In this document: piece after piece, positions 53,101 to 62,674 of the stretch
How the letters are laid out: every line of letters begins with the position of its first letter
Position numbering within the stretch: the stretch's first letter is position 1
Assembly: GCA_964106645.2 (NCBI GenBank)
Contig: OZ067039.1
DNA: 64,000 nt
From: Podarcis pityusensis
Lineage: Eukaryota
Reading direction: 5' to 3' (one strand)
Position numbers and translations under genes: made by a program
The notes under the pieces: model-generated
Seen by the model: only the letters and a program-made list of their open reading frames with translations
Told to the model about the DNA's origin: nothing
The model's database searches: none

Positions 53101-56100
53101 TGTGGTTAGCTTTTTAAAGAGTTTCTTGGCAACTAGAATAACTTAAAACAAAGAATCAGCAGAAATTCTTGTGGCTTCTTTCTCTAGAAGTCTCCAGACC
53201 GCTAAAATATATATCCAAAGTATATATTGTATATTCCTGGCTTCTAAATTTAATGCCATGTCGTGGCGGAGGAGGAAAAGCTGCATAATGAATGGGCAGG
53301 GTCTATTCCCTCAGTTTCTTAAAACTGACAGCAATTTGGAAAACCTCTCAAACAACGTTGCTTCATGAACATTTGGTAGCCGGCTTAAAAGATTTCAAAA
53401 CTTTGTGGACTTGGCTTATAGCAGATGGGACATACTCACTGAACAGCAACCATGGCTAGAAACCACTGGTTAATATCCTGGTCTCATGAGCTTATTTATA
53501 CTCGTCCTGAGGGAAACATACTTTGGGTAATTCTAGCTGGTTATCTCTTATTAGCAGCTTCGCTTGGGGGCTCCTTAACAGGGTGCGTGGGGTAATGACA
53601 CCACCCGCCCCCCGCTTTGTTCACAAGGCTGTTGTACCTCAGAAACTGTTCTAGCATGAAAACAACTTTGTGAGTGAAATTCCAACTTGGGTTTTTGCCT
53701 CAGACCCTTAACACAACCTGTTTGGAACTTGCACACACTAAAAAGCATCTTTTGTCTGGTGCTCCCTAGAGATGTTTCACTGTGTACTCTTCCGATAGGA
53801 CGGTAGCAACCCTTCCTAACACCAGGTCAAACCATTGGTCCATACAGTCCAGTATTGTTTACTCTAAAGGTGGGGAATTTCCAGCACATGAGCTAATCTC
53901 GGCCCACAAGGCTTTTCCCCACAAATCCTGGTCAGCTGAAGAGTGGAGTCTAAATCTTTCTGCTGGGAACAGGTGTGTATAGTCAAGGCAAGCAGAAAGT
54001 AGTGTTTTGCAAGCAAAGGCAGAGTGCTGGTGAAGTCCCCCTCCACTGGCTTTCCTTGCAAAACACACCTTTCTTTCTAGTGAGTGGATCCTCCTTTCAA
54101 GGGAGGGGAGTGGAAGCTGCTTCCATTTGCACTTTTCAGCCTTAAGACTGTGCTAAAGCACTTGCCTCTGAAAGTCTCCCCATCTTCTTATTGTAAACCC
54201 CCAACATAGGGTTTGAAGGGGAGTGACATGAAAGCTTGCAAAGCAATGCCTGTCTGCCATGTGACATTGTGTGATGGGTGGATCAGTAGCCCAGTCCACC
54301 TGTCAAACTTGTCCCATGAGGCCAATCTCATGGGCCTCTGTTTCCTCACCCTGGTCTACTCTTGACCGGCAGCAGTTCTCCAGTGTTTGGGGCTGAGAAG
54401 GGCCTTAAGATTCCTGGCATTCCTCGTAAAAGGTGTGTGCCCCACCACCAGAGAGTGAGGATCCCTGCAGTGGCTCTTCTGAGAAGGTTGGCAGTGGGCC
54501 ACCCCATGATGCCAGGGGCTCCCAACAGGTGGGGTTTTCTGTGTTCCCTGGGGACTGTGGCAGGCACTATCTGGAGCAGTTGGCTTGTTTTGTCTTTTTT
54601 TCCCCTTTTCTTTCCCTTCTTGTGTTGCTGAATGAGGTCTCATTGTTGTATGTGCTGGTCTGTGGCTGTCAGGGCCTCCTTAGGAGGGGTCTCTAGTGTT
54701 CTGCACCTTTTAAATCTTGTTGACTCATCTCCACCACCATGGGCTTGAGAGAGCAGCCAATGCTGACAGAAAATACCCAAAGTTGTTGCCCTCTCCACCA
54801 CTGAGATCTTTCCATCTTTGCCTCCCTGTCCTGCATTCCTCACCTCTCTTGGACGTGCTGTTGTTTGCAGCCTCTGACTGGGGAGGCCAAGCAAGGAGGG
54901 CCTGCAGCTACAGCATTCTGTCGTTTTCACAAGTGAGGTGCAAGGTGGCTTTTGCTGGAGGTGGTCCTGGGGGTCTCTTGGTGTTCAAAATGACCCCCGC
55001 TGTATTGACTGGTGGTCGCAAGGTCTCTGACCCTGTACTTGGGATCTGAGCTGTCTGGTATGGATTCTTTTTATTATCATTATTTTGGTGATGGCTTGTG
55101 CAAAAACCTTTCCCAAGACCCTGGATTTGGCTCCTGGACACTTGAGCTTCAGTGTCAATTTGGGAAGGGCCACTGGAGTCTCCTGTGTTTACTGATGGGA
55201 TGGTGGGTGGGGGCATCTTTCTGAATGGGTTCCAGTTCTAAGCCAACCCCCCTCCCTCCCTCTCACCTCACCCTGACTAAAAGTCACCAGAGCGGGATTC
55301 CATTGAACTTTTATTCTGAGATGGGCTTATACAGAAAAGACTTTCAGGTCATGTTTGTATTTCAGGCCCCGCCCCACACCCCGCCTTTTGGGTGGAGCTC
55401 TGGAGGCCCAACTTAAAAGCCACACTGGGGCAGGAAAGGGAATAGCTGATTCCTGTAGTTTCAGTACTCATCCCTTTTTAATCCTGAAGCTGTTGTTAAG
55501 CTCTGCTTCTTGCCTGGAACTGTATGTACCCGGGCAGGCAAGTCTCAGGGACAAGAACCCATAGCTGAGAAAGACTGTGTAGCCATGGGTTGTCTGTTGG
55601 TGTGTCTTTCTTTTTAAATTAGTTGGAGCTGGCTATGAGGCAGGATGCCTGGGTAGCCTCAGGGCAAACAGAATCCCATGGAGCTCAGACTCTGACTAAG
55701 CTATGAGCTTTGTCCATAAAGAGCCTCAGTAGGTAGATCCCAGCACTAGCAGGACACTGATGCCTCTTTCTTCCTCAGCATGTCGGCAGATCCATGTCTG
55801 CTCCATAGTATACGCAGCAGGGCACTTCTCTTGATGACCACCACCTCTGCCTTCCGCCTGCCCCCTTCAGCTGCTATGCTCGCCATGTAGCCACTGGCTG
55901 CTGCTGCTGCTGTGGTGTGTGGCTGGCTCTGCTTGCACTGCTGACGCCACTTGCTGTCTTACACCGCCTACTTGTGCCTGTAGGCTCTTAGCTCTGCCTT
56001 TGCCTTAGCTGCTCTTGTGCCCAGCACCCTCCTTTCGGCCTGGGCATGCATTGTCAAGCTTGCTTCTTCTCTGCGCAGGTGGCCGGGTGAAGACGTGGAA

Positions 56101-59100
56101 ACGGCGCTGGTTCATCTTGACGGACAACTGCCTTTACTACTTTGAGTACACCACGGTGAGTGGCACAGGGTGCTCTCGTAAGTGTCCACGGACATGATCT
56201 CATGACGGGATTGCTAATGTGCAGTTTTGAATGATGGACTATGGTATGTAGTCTTAGGCTCGTGTAAGAGTCCAGGACATGGGTTATCTGGAGTCAACTG
56301 CATAGCTGAGTTCTTACTGACTGGCGTGGGAATGGTGTAGAGCAGGCTTCCTCAACCTCGGCCTTCCAGATGTTTTGAGACTACTATTCCCATCATCCCT
56401 CACCACTGGTCCTGCTAGCTAGGGATCATGGGAGTTGTAGGCCAAAAGCATCTGTAGGGCCAAGGTTGAGGAAGCCTGGTGTAGAGGTACTGCAGACTTG
56501 GCTTTAATTATTTCATATAGACACACATACCACCTTTTCCCCCTGACAAGAATTCAAGGTGGCTTACACATTACAATAAGAACAGCTAAAAACATAGGAA
56601 GAAAAACTCTTAATTATTAAAAAGCAGTTAGTTTTAAAACTATAAAGGTTTGTTTAACTATCTAAACTAACTATATATTATTAGAAAGGTGCAGATAATT
56701 ATGTTGAAAAAAGCATGGCACCAGCCCTTTGATTAAAAGCAAGTCAGTTGCCCAAAGCCTGTTGTAACAAGAAAGTCTTCAGCTGCTGGCGGAAGGACAG
56801 CAAGGAAGGAGCCAGTCAAACTAGGGAAGGAGTTCCAGAGTCCGAGAGCAGCCACCACAAGGTCCTATCCCACATCCCAAAGGTGCCTGTGAGGGTGGCA
56901 GGACTGAGAGAAGGGCCTCCCCCAAAGATCTCAGATCCTGGGCAGGTTTGTATGAGGGATTGTGGTCTTTCAGATAGCTAGGACCTAAACTGTATTGCGC
57001 TTTATAGGTTATATAACCAGCACTCTGAATTGTGCCTAGAAACAGACTGGTAGCCAGTAGAGCTGTTGTAACAAGGGGCTCTCTATAACCAGCCCCAGTC
57101 TACAATCTGGCTGCAGCTCTTCGAGTCAGGTGAAGTTTCTGGACACTTTTCAAAGGTAGCCCCATGTAGAGTGTGTTATAGTAATCGAAACGGGATTCAA
57201 CTGAGGCATGTGCCACTGTGGCCAAATCAGACATCTCAAGGGTATATATTGGGTGCAGCGCATTCTGTTGTGGACCCATGAAAGCGAATGCCCTAATAAA
57301 ACAGTTAAGTCGGTCAGATGCCATGGTTGTGTTTGCAGCAGTAGGCTACTCCTTTCAAATGAGCATTAAGGAGGAATCTGTCTGAGAGCAGTGTTCTTCC
57401 TGTTCAATGTTGGGATGGAAGAACCTGTAATATTTTGTCAGAATGAACCAGCCTGGATGTGTCTGAATTAACAAATTGTTGTCTTGCAGGACAAGGAGCC
57501 ACGAGGCATCATTCCCTTGGAGAATTTGAGTATCCGTGAGGTTGAAGATTCCAAGAAGCCTGTGAGTAAATGCCAGTGCTGGAGAGTAGGAAGTGCTCTC
57601 CACTTCCTACCTGGGGGGAGCCTAGGCTGCGGATACTGTGTGCATGTAAAAAGAAAGAAAAGGATGATACCAAGAAAAACTGAATTATGCAAATCATTAA
57701 CTAAGCTTGCCTACTTTTGTAGAGTCGATTCTGATTCTGCCATGGGGGAAGAGGCAAAGCTATGCAAGGACACCCAGCTGGCTACAGAAAAATCCTGCGC
57801 AGGGATAAGCCAGGCTTTTGAAACTTGACTCATCTTTTCTGCCCTAAGAGCAAAATGCTTGATGTGTTTAAGCGGATGTTGATGTTTGCAAGGTGATGTT
57901 AAACCTGCACACAGAGTACTATTTTCTGTGCTTTTGCAGTGCAGGATATGCACTGTCTTTTGGAGGTCTCCAAGGTGTTAAAGGACCCTGCAGCATCTGA
58001 GCTGTTAGTGACTACACTTGGATAATGCTATCAGAGCTTAAATAGCCAAGATAGGAAAAAGCCCCATTCCTGTTCACAGCTAGTTCGCTCCTTCCTCTGC
58101 TTTGTGATCAATCCAACCAAAAAGTCTTCACCCATAGTTTCCTTGTTTGGATGAAATGGGGAAACTGTGGTTAATCAGTGATATTTCTAGTTTGCTTTCT
58201 TGAGGAGCAATGGGGCTGCATGTGTGGGTAAAAGGCTTATTCATAATTACGTCTGATCCTCAGACAGCTTGCCAGTGATTTTTATCAAGTCGTTCTGGTG
58301 ATAACTGCAGTGGGCCAGGAATGCTGGCTCGGCTAGTGGAATTGTAGGCCCTTGGTGAGAGTTGCTTTCCCAGAGTGTTGTATTGCTGCCAGGAAGTCAT
58401 ACCAGAGAACTGGTTACTTGCTGTCGAAAATCCTGTAATTCCTGCTCTTGAAGGATGTCTGGGAAATCCCTGGAATATGCAGAAATTTTGAGCTGGTGTT
58501 GGCCACAAATCAATTCTGTTTATCCTTCTCTTCTTGCAGAACTGCTTTGAGCTATATATCCCTGACAACAAAGACCAGGTGATCAAGGCTTGCAAGACTG
58601 AGGCAGACGGGCGTGTGGTGGAAGGGAATCACACTGTGTACCGCATCTCTGCACCCACCCCAGAGGAGAAGGAAGAGTGGATGAAATGCATCAAGTGAGG
58701 AGGGGCAGGAATGATGTGAAGGGATCTGGGTAGTTTGCTTGAGCAATGTGTCATTCATTAATTCGTTCATTCATTCATTTGCATGTTGCTTTTCTGCACA
58801 CACACAAATGCCCAAAGTGGCTTACGACAAAGAAAAAAGGGTGCATTTCAAACAAATACTACAAAACAATTTCATAACAACAAACCCAAAAAACCCCACA
58901 TTTCAGCGCTATAAATATAACAAAGATTACTTAAAAATGTAGCATCCAATAGCCAAAATTAACAAGGGAGCTTCAGTTTCAGGCTTAGCCCTAGAAATAT
59001 GCCTCCCATAAAGTAGCTCACAGTCCCTCTCCTGCAGCAGCTTCTTATAAGGCTTACATGGGCAAAGGGTGGAGTAGCTGTAAACACCCCTCCCATGAAA

Positions 59101-59560
59101 AGAATTATTTCTCATTCCTCCAGATTTCCTCACTGTGAGGGAGGTGGGGGCGCAAATCTGTGGTTAGGTGGGCATCTGGAATTTTGGGGAGGAGATGTAG
59201 CATCTGAGAATGGGGCCTCTCTATAGCTCCCTGGTTGAGATTTGCCAGTGGGTTGTGGGTTATGAGGGGGAAATAGGGCAGCCCTTAATGAAGTACAGTC
59301 CCCTGATCTTCCTGCTCCCTCTTCAAGCTAAATCATGCTTCCTTCCAGAAACAGTAGCTAAGGGGGTGGACTGATCCTATAATTATGTGCTGGGTTAAGG
59401 GATTTCCCTTAACACTTTGTGGGTTTTTTTACTCTCTCTCTCTCTCCCCCCCCCCCCCGCCTCCCACTTGTCTCTCTTCAGAGCTGCAATTAGCCGGGAT
59501 CCATTCTACGAGATGCTTGCTGCACGCAAGAAGAAGGTCTCCTCCACCAAGAGACATTAG
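4163..59560 (+). CDS. CYTH1: Cytohesin-1 (ARF guanine nucleotide exchange factor), spliced CDS: join(4163..4190,41732..41814,43561..43625,44928..44994,45486..45604,46779..46859,47129..47241,47889..48037,48400..48511,[51390..51392],56079..56155,57490..57561,58540..58694,59482..59560); 399 aa (2G) or 400 aa (3G)
   Basis: Manual splicing gives an open 1200-nt frame with GT-AG introns and matching phases: [43 protein letters not shown]...[17 protein letters not shown]...[18 protein letters not shown]...[20 protein letters not shown]. The N-terminus and C-terminal VSSTKRH match CYTH1 as I recall it, rather than CYTH2/3/4. Confidence 0.97.
5274..5300. repeat. (CA)n microsatellite
   Basis: Read directly from sequence. 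Confidence 0.95.
11321..11410 (-). mobile_element. LINE/SINE 3' tail with (AAT)n
   Basis: (AAT)n then tttatttatatcccgccctcccc...ctcagggcggctaacaac, an L2-type terminus in reverse orientation. Confidence 0.6.
11788..12045. mobile_element. Tc1/mariner-superfamily MITE, 258 bp
   Basis: Perfect 23-bp TIR ccgtattttttgctctataagac / gtcttatagagcaaaaaatacgg, flanked by TA on both sides. Confidence 0.92.
12118..12806. mobile_element. Older hAT-like non-autonomous element
   Basis: Imperfect TIR cagggcagtccaac / gttggaccaccttg and decayed 8-bp flanks acctaacc / atctaccc. Confidence 0.45.
13940..14125 (-). mobile_element. MIR/CORE-like SINE; related copy at ~20295-20470
   Basis: acaatcacgtgaggtta...ggcccaagatcacccagtgagc...ggggatttgaaccctg pattern shared with 20295-20470. 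Confidence 0.65.
14150..14460 (+). mobile_element. L2-clade LINE reverse transcriptase fragment, degenerate
   Basis: ORF 14134..14457 has [16 protein letters not shown]...[21 protein letters not shown], a decayed LDPFQSGFRPG...LLDLSAAFDTIDH motif. Confidence 0.85.
16184..16305. mobile_element. Penelope-like element terminal fragment, degenerate
   Basis: gagtcttctggcaccttaaagactaa...cttcatcagatgc resembles reptilian Penelope pseudo-LTR sequence as I recall it. Confidence 0.5.
16504..16649 (+). mobile_element. RTE-clade LINE 3' end
   Basis: Encodes [26 protein letters not shown], the C-terminal zinc-finger motif of RTE ORF2, followed by a short 3' UTR and gaagaagatgat tail. Confidence 0.75.
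18853..18931 (+). CDS. CYTH1: Candidate alternative first coding exon of CYTH1 ([26 protein letters not shown] + G)
   Basis: atcATGG strong Kozak, 26 codons plus 1 nt, near-consensus donor CAG|GTAGGT, phase 1 fits exon 2; GC-box-rich upstream region. Confidence 0.7.
19515..20036 (-). mobile_element. tRNA-Lys-derived, CR1-tailed SINE split in two (19515-19584 and 19985-20036)
   Basis: Both halves match the reverse complement of the uninterrupted copy at 38636-38774. Confidence 0.75.
19585..19984 (+). mobile_element. L2-clade LINE 3' end nested inside a SINE
   Basis: Encodes [23 protein letters not shown]...[13 protein letters not shown] (L2 ORF2 C-terminus); ends in (TAAA)n tail. Confidence 0.85.
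21308..21532. mobile_element. Tigger/pogo-like MITE, 225 bp
   Basis: TIR cattggtacctcgggt / acccgaggtaccactg (1 mismatch), TA target duplication, internal ttcttaacctgaa repeats. Confidence 0.88.
25724..25752. repeat. (TA)n microsatellite
   Basis: Read directly; lies inside a hAT-like element copy. Confidence 0.95.
26808..26829 (+). CDS. CYTH1: Candidate alternative first coding exon of CYTH1 (MVLRMEN + G)
   Basis: agcATGG strong Kozak, 7 codons plus 1 nt, donor ACG|GTGAGA, phase 1 fits exon 2. Confidence 0.55.
27182..27316. mobile_element. hAT-type MITE, 135 bp
   Basis: Perfect 8-bp TSD GTTCTGAT (27174-27181 and 27317-27324); imperfect TIR cagtgctgtttttc / gaaaaaaagccctg. Confidence 0.88.
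27894..27953. repeat. (TC)n(AC)n compound microsatellite
   Basis: Read directly from sequence. Confidence 0.95.
28285..28393. mobile_element. Partial copy of the palindromic MITE family
   Basis: ttttgggactacaattcccatcatc...gatgatgggagttgtagtcccaaaa inverted repeat; same core as 56343-56478. Confidence 0.75.
34958..35381 (+). mobile_element. CR1 LINE, 5'-truncated, ORF2 C-terminus and 3' tail
   Basis: ORF 34978..35304 ([22 protein letters not shown]...[39 protein letters not shown]) is typical of CR1; terminal ttctatga repeats. Confidence 0.95.
35451..35514. repeat. (CT)n(GT)n compound microsatellite
   Basis: Read directly from sequence. Confidence 0.95.
38636..38774 (+). mobile_element. 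tRNA-Lys(CTT)-derived SINE with CR1-like 3' tail
   Basis: Head tcagtcagtaaagcatgaaactcgtaatctcagggttgtgggtttgagcccca resembles tRNA-Lys; tail gcagggggttagactagat...ttccaactccacaattctatga matches the CR1 3' end at 35320-35381. Confidence 0.8.
41732..41814 (+). CDS. CYTH1: CYTH1 exon 2 ([28 protein letters not shown]), coiled-coil
   Basis: Polypyrimidine tract plus CAG acceptor, CAG|GTATGT donor, 83 nt. Confidence 0.97.
43561..43625 (+). CDS. CYTH1: CYTH1 exon 3 ([22 protein letters not shown])
   Basis: ttcttctcctctgcag acceptor, GAG|GTGAGT donor, 65 nt. Confidence 0.97.
44136..44177. repeat. (GT)n microsatellite
   Basis: Read directly from sequence. Confidence 0.95.
44928..44994 (+). CDS. 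CYTH1: CYTH1 exon 4 ([22 protein letters not shown]), start of Sec7
   Basis: cttctag acceptor, AAG|GTAATC donor, 67 nt. Confidence 0.97.
45486..45604 (+). CDS. CYTH1: CYTH1 exon 5 ([40 protein letters not shown])
   Basis: ttgcag acceptor, AAG|GTAATG donor, 119 nt; seen in ORF 45351..45608. Confidence 0.97.
46254..46605 (+). mobile_element. Non-autonomous hAT-like element inserted in a SINE; related copies at ~23790-24125, ~25524-26021 (inverted), ~31560-31952
   Basis: TIR cagcggttccca / tgggaaccactg, 8-bp TSD gaatagac / gaacagac; AT-rich internal quasi-palindrome shared among four copies. Confidence 0.8.
46779..46859 (+). CDS. CYTH1: CYTH1 exon 6 ([27 protein letters not shown])
   Basis: cctcacag acceptor, GCG|GTGAGT donor, 81 nt. 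Confidence 0.97.
47129..47241 (+). CDS. CYTH1: CYTH1 exon 7 ([37 protein letters not shown]), Sec7 catalytic glutamate finger
   Basis: ttttccccgcag acceptor, CAG|GTATGC donor, 113 nt; FRLPGE motif with GAA at 47160-47162. Confidence 0.98.
47889..48037 (+). CDS. CYTH1: CYTH1 exon 8 ([50 protein letters not shown])
   Basis: ccccag acceptor, AGG|GTGAGC donor, 149 nt; Sec7 motif 2. Confidence 0.98.
48400..48511 (+). CDS. CYTH1: CYTH1 exon 9 ([37 protein letters not shown]+G), Sec7-PH linker
   Basis: cctaccag acceptor, TCG|GTGAGT donor, 112 nt, phase 1. Confidence 0.98.
51250..51264 (-). promoter_or_regulatory. CTCF-like motif upstream of the microexon
   Basis: Minus strand CTAGCAGGGGGCGCT, one mismatch to CCAGCAGGGGGCGCT, CpG retained. 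Confidence 0.45.
51390..51392 (+). CDS. CYTH1: CYTH1 3-nt alternative microexon (GAG), adds one Gly to the PH domain (2G to 3G)
   Basis: Long AG-free pyrimidine tract then ctccAG|GAG|GTACGT; G+GAG+GT gives GGA GGT; matches the known cytohesin diglycine/triglycine microexon in the expected intron. Confidence 0.88.
52949..53080 (-). mobile_element. tRNA-Lys-derived, CR1-tailed SINE copy
   Basis: Reverse-complement match to the 38636 copy (tagagttggaaggg...ccccctgcaatgcagg...ctgagattaagagtctc). Confidence 0.75.
56079..56155 (+). CDS. CYTH1: CYTH1 PH exon ([26 protein letters not shown])
   Basis: cttctctgcgcag acceptor, ACG|GTGAGT donor, 77 nt. Confidence 0.98.
56343..56478. mobile_element. Palindromic hAT-type MITE, 136 bp
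   Basis: Perfect 8-bp TSD GTGTAGAG (56335-56342 and 56479-56486); perfect 16-bp TIR caggcttcctcaacct / aggttgaggaagcctg; body largely self-complementary. Confidence 0.92.
56515..57245 (-). mobile_element. L2-clade LINE 3' fragment
   Basis: ORF 57100..57324(-) [42 protein letters not shown] matches the L2 ORF2 SRLDYCN...LQLVQNAAARL region; AT-rich 3' UTR near 56520-56720. Confidence 0.85.
57490..57561 (+). CDS. CYTH1: CYTH1 PH exon ([24 protein letters not shown])
   Basis: tcttgcag acceptor, CCT|GTGAGT donor, 72 nt. Confidence 0.97.
58540..58694 (+). CDS. CYTH1: CYTH1 PH exon ([52 protein letters not shown])
   Basis: ttcttgcag acceptor, CAA|GTGAGG donor, 155 nt. Confidence 0.97.
59482..59560 (+). 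CDS. CYTH1: CYTH1 last coding exon ([25 protein letters not shown]), C-terminal helix and polybasic region
   Basis: tctctcttcag acceptor; TAG stop at 59558-59560. Confidence 0.97.
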
Positions 59561-61305
59561 CCACATGGCTTTGTTGAGTAGCAGTGACATTGGCAGCTGT
59601 TGCCTCTCCGTCTCCTGGCAGAGAGGAAGAGGAGCGAGACGACACAGACCCGCCTGCTCTGCATTATGACCCCGAGGGGGGACTAGCTTCAGCTTTTGCT
59701 ATTCTTTTCTGGTTTGGGGGCAGGAAGAGTTGCGGGGGTAGGCTATGTTGATGGCAACCACCAGCTCTCACTGACTTATTTAATTTGCAAGAATGCCACC
59801 TCCCTGCCAGCCCCTCAGCTGGGCAGCTTGAAGCCAAACCGTGTCACTGGTAGCCCAAGTGGCAGGAAGAGAAGAATTGTTGGGGTCTTTTCTGCTACCG
59901 TGGCTGACTTGCTCCTTGCCTGTGCCGATGGTGAGGCAGACCTATTCAAGCTGCCAGCGAGAAGTGTCGGCTGTACCAGGCTTTAGGCCTAATACTCTCC
60001 GAGACCCTGAATCAGGAATGGACCACAAACTGCCAAAGGCATAGATCAGTCTGCAGCAGAGGTTGGGGGCATGGCTCTCTAGCACTGAAGCAGAGAGATC
60101 CCTGTGGCCCTCTGCATCGCCATGTTGCTCCCTGTTCTTTGGTCAGGTAAGCCCAACGGCTTCTTTCCCCCAAAGCAATTGAGCTGTATGCTCTTTCATG
60201 TTTAATTTCTGGGGTTCTCTGTCGCAAGGAGTTTTGTTAACCACGTTGAGTAATAAGCAACCAAGAATGTCAGTCCCAACAGCTGGCATGATGAATGGCA
60301 AGGCTGCCACCTCCAGGATTTCCCCTGCCCTCGTTCTAGAGGGCACTGACTTAGGCTGCCTCGTATGTGAAGCAGGAATGAGGCCAGCAGAGGGCTCACT
60401 CAAGCAACCTTGCCCAGATGAGAAGGCGGTGCTCTTGTGAGCTAGCGGCATGCATGTGGTTGTGGGTGGGCAGGTAGTGTAACCCTCATGGATGCTTTAC
60501 AGGGAGGCTTTTCACCCCTTTGCCAATGGCTGCTGGGAACCATCTCACCCAACAACTGGGCACAAAAAATTTATCCCTGCAGCCAGAGCTTCCTCCGTTT
60601 TTTGTTTGTTTGTTTAACATTGCAATCGGGAGCAGACAGAGCTGAAGAAAAAAGACCTGCACCATTCCCTGTACCCTGAAGAAAGAAGTTGAAACAGGCT
60701 GGCTCTGGATTCTTTGACATAGGCTATCTTCTTACAGTTGCACTTTTCAGTAGAGGGAGTGGATGGACTGGGATGAAGGCTGTCCTGGACCAGTGGGGGC
60801 ACTTCTTGGCTCTGAAGCACAAGCAGATGATTGGTTGCTGGGGAACCATTGGAAGCCCAGGGTGGGTGGGGTATGAGATGATGGCTTATGCCTGGAGCAC
60901 TGAGCTGGGGTAGGCCATAAGAGGACGGTTTTCCCCGACTGTTGATTTCATTATGCGCCTTGGAAAAGCTCCAGTTTTCCCCAGCTCAGTATTAATCTAT
61001 TTATCGGAGATATACATACTCTCTGTGTAGATTTTTCTCCTTTTAGATTATTTTGTATTTGTTTTTAAATAAGAGGATTGTTTTCTGTGAAACATAGCAG
61101 AATTCTAAAAAAATGCTGTGGCACAAGGGGGGGCGGGAAGCAAGGGGGTTGCGGGAGGAAGGTGGAAGTTACTCCTGGTCAAAAAGTTTGGTTACAGTTT
61201 TTTGTGTTGAATCCTTTTCCACCCCATTGTTGGGTTTTTGTTGCCACAACCTTGTGAACTAGCACAGAGCAACTGCAGCAAATAAATGTTGATCTCACAC
61301 TTGGC
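59561..61305 (+). other. CYTH1: CYTH1 3' UTR (approximate end)
   Basis: Runs from the stop codon to just past AATAAA at 61281; repeat-poor, with U-rich terminal segment. Confidence 0.7.
61281..61286 (+). terminator. Polyadenylation signal AATAAA of CYTH1
   Basis: Canonical AATAAA about 1.7 kb after the stop codon, preceded by U-rich sequence and followed by U/GU-rich sequence. Confidence 0.75.
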
Positions 61306-62660
61306 TCTATGCCCTTCTTTGGCTGCCTCTGTCTCTGTGATCTACATTTATGTGGTTTTCCTATTTGAGGTTAGTAGCATTGCATCAAGCGATTCAGGGG
61401 CCTTGCCAGTTGGGGCTGGTAAATTGGGCCAGCCTCTTTAGATCTGTGAGACTGGGGACATTTCTGTAGCCATACTGAGGAAGGGTTTCATTGTGGTTTC
61501 CCTCCCCAGCTTTAATTTTTCTCTATCTGCCAGGGGAAGCTGCTGGTAAGATTGGTTTAAGTTAAGGGACCAGAATGTAAAGCATTCATCTGGCTTCCCA
61601 GCATTGACACTGGTTACTGATAGCTAGCTGCTATCAGTAGCCAGATGCAAAGAGGTTATAAAGCGTACATTAGGAAATGAGGTTACAGTGGGTTGTATTC
61701 AAGCTTGCACTAAGGCGAACAGTCAGGGCAACGAATTCTCCTTGCTCAACAGAATGTTCTTTCCCTAAACATGTTCTGGAAGATCCCCTTACCCTCTGGA
61801 GCAGAGCTGGGGATTGTGTGTTTGGGAGTGGAAGTCCCATTGTGCTAGCAGAAATCCTTGCACAGGTACAATTATTTAACTGGATACTGCCCAGGGTGTT
61901 GTTTTTTGAGAGGGGCTTAGAGAAGATCCTGGTGGATTTGGGGTAAGACAGCAGGCTACAGTAGGGCCCCTAGTCCCACTGGGTTTGCATCTCCACAGTA
62001 CAGTAGTTTACACAAGCTGGGGAACCTGCAAGATGTTATGTTTAGGGAACAGCAAGAGCAACCCACTTGTTGGTAAAATGTAAACATGCCTACACTGAAC
62101 CCACCTTGTCACAAACCAGCATAATGTTATGATACTGTTATGTCTTTTCCCTGCATGGCTTTGCAAAATGCAATTTTTGTTTCATCAGATTCTGGATTTT
62201 TAAAGCTGTCTCAGGGGATGTGCCTAGATGGGGTTTACATGCCAGTAGACCTCTATCCATTATAAAGCCTTTAAAATCTTAGTAGCACTGTATACTTACA
62301 GAATAACAGGATTACCTCCAAAAATAGGCAACAATTGCTTTGTCTAAATAACATCCAGCAAAACTTGGGTGTTCACCTCCAGTGTGTCTCAGATTCTACA
62401 TAAGTGAATTAATCTGAGTCAGAGAATTGCATTCAAAATACACATTAGCAGAACAGAGGTGGTGTATCTAATGCAGACTTTCTTGACCAGCACAGCTCTT
62501 CCTGATAATGGAGCAAGTGGGGTTGAACTTTGGCTAATTTCCTACATGGGTTCTTAGTAAGAACTTCAAAAGAAAAATTGTGGACCCGAGCAGAATTTTG
62601 AAGATCCCGCTCTTGCTAAAATTGGTTCAACTTTTCAAACTCACGCAGCCTGAGCAGCAA

Positions 62661-62674
62661 CCAGCAGATGGCAC
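62661..62674 (+). promoter_or_regulatory. CTCF-like motif downstream of CYTH1
   Basis: CCAGCAGATGGCAC matches CCASYAGRKGGCRS; motif match only. Confidence 0.45.
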
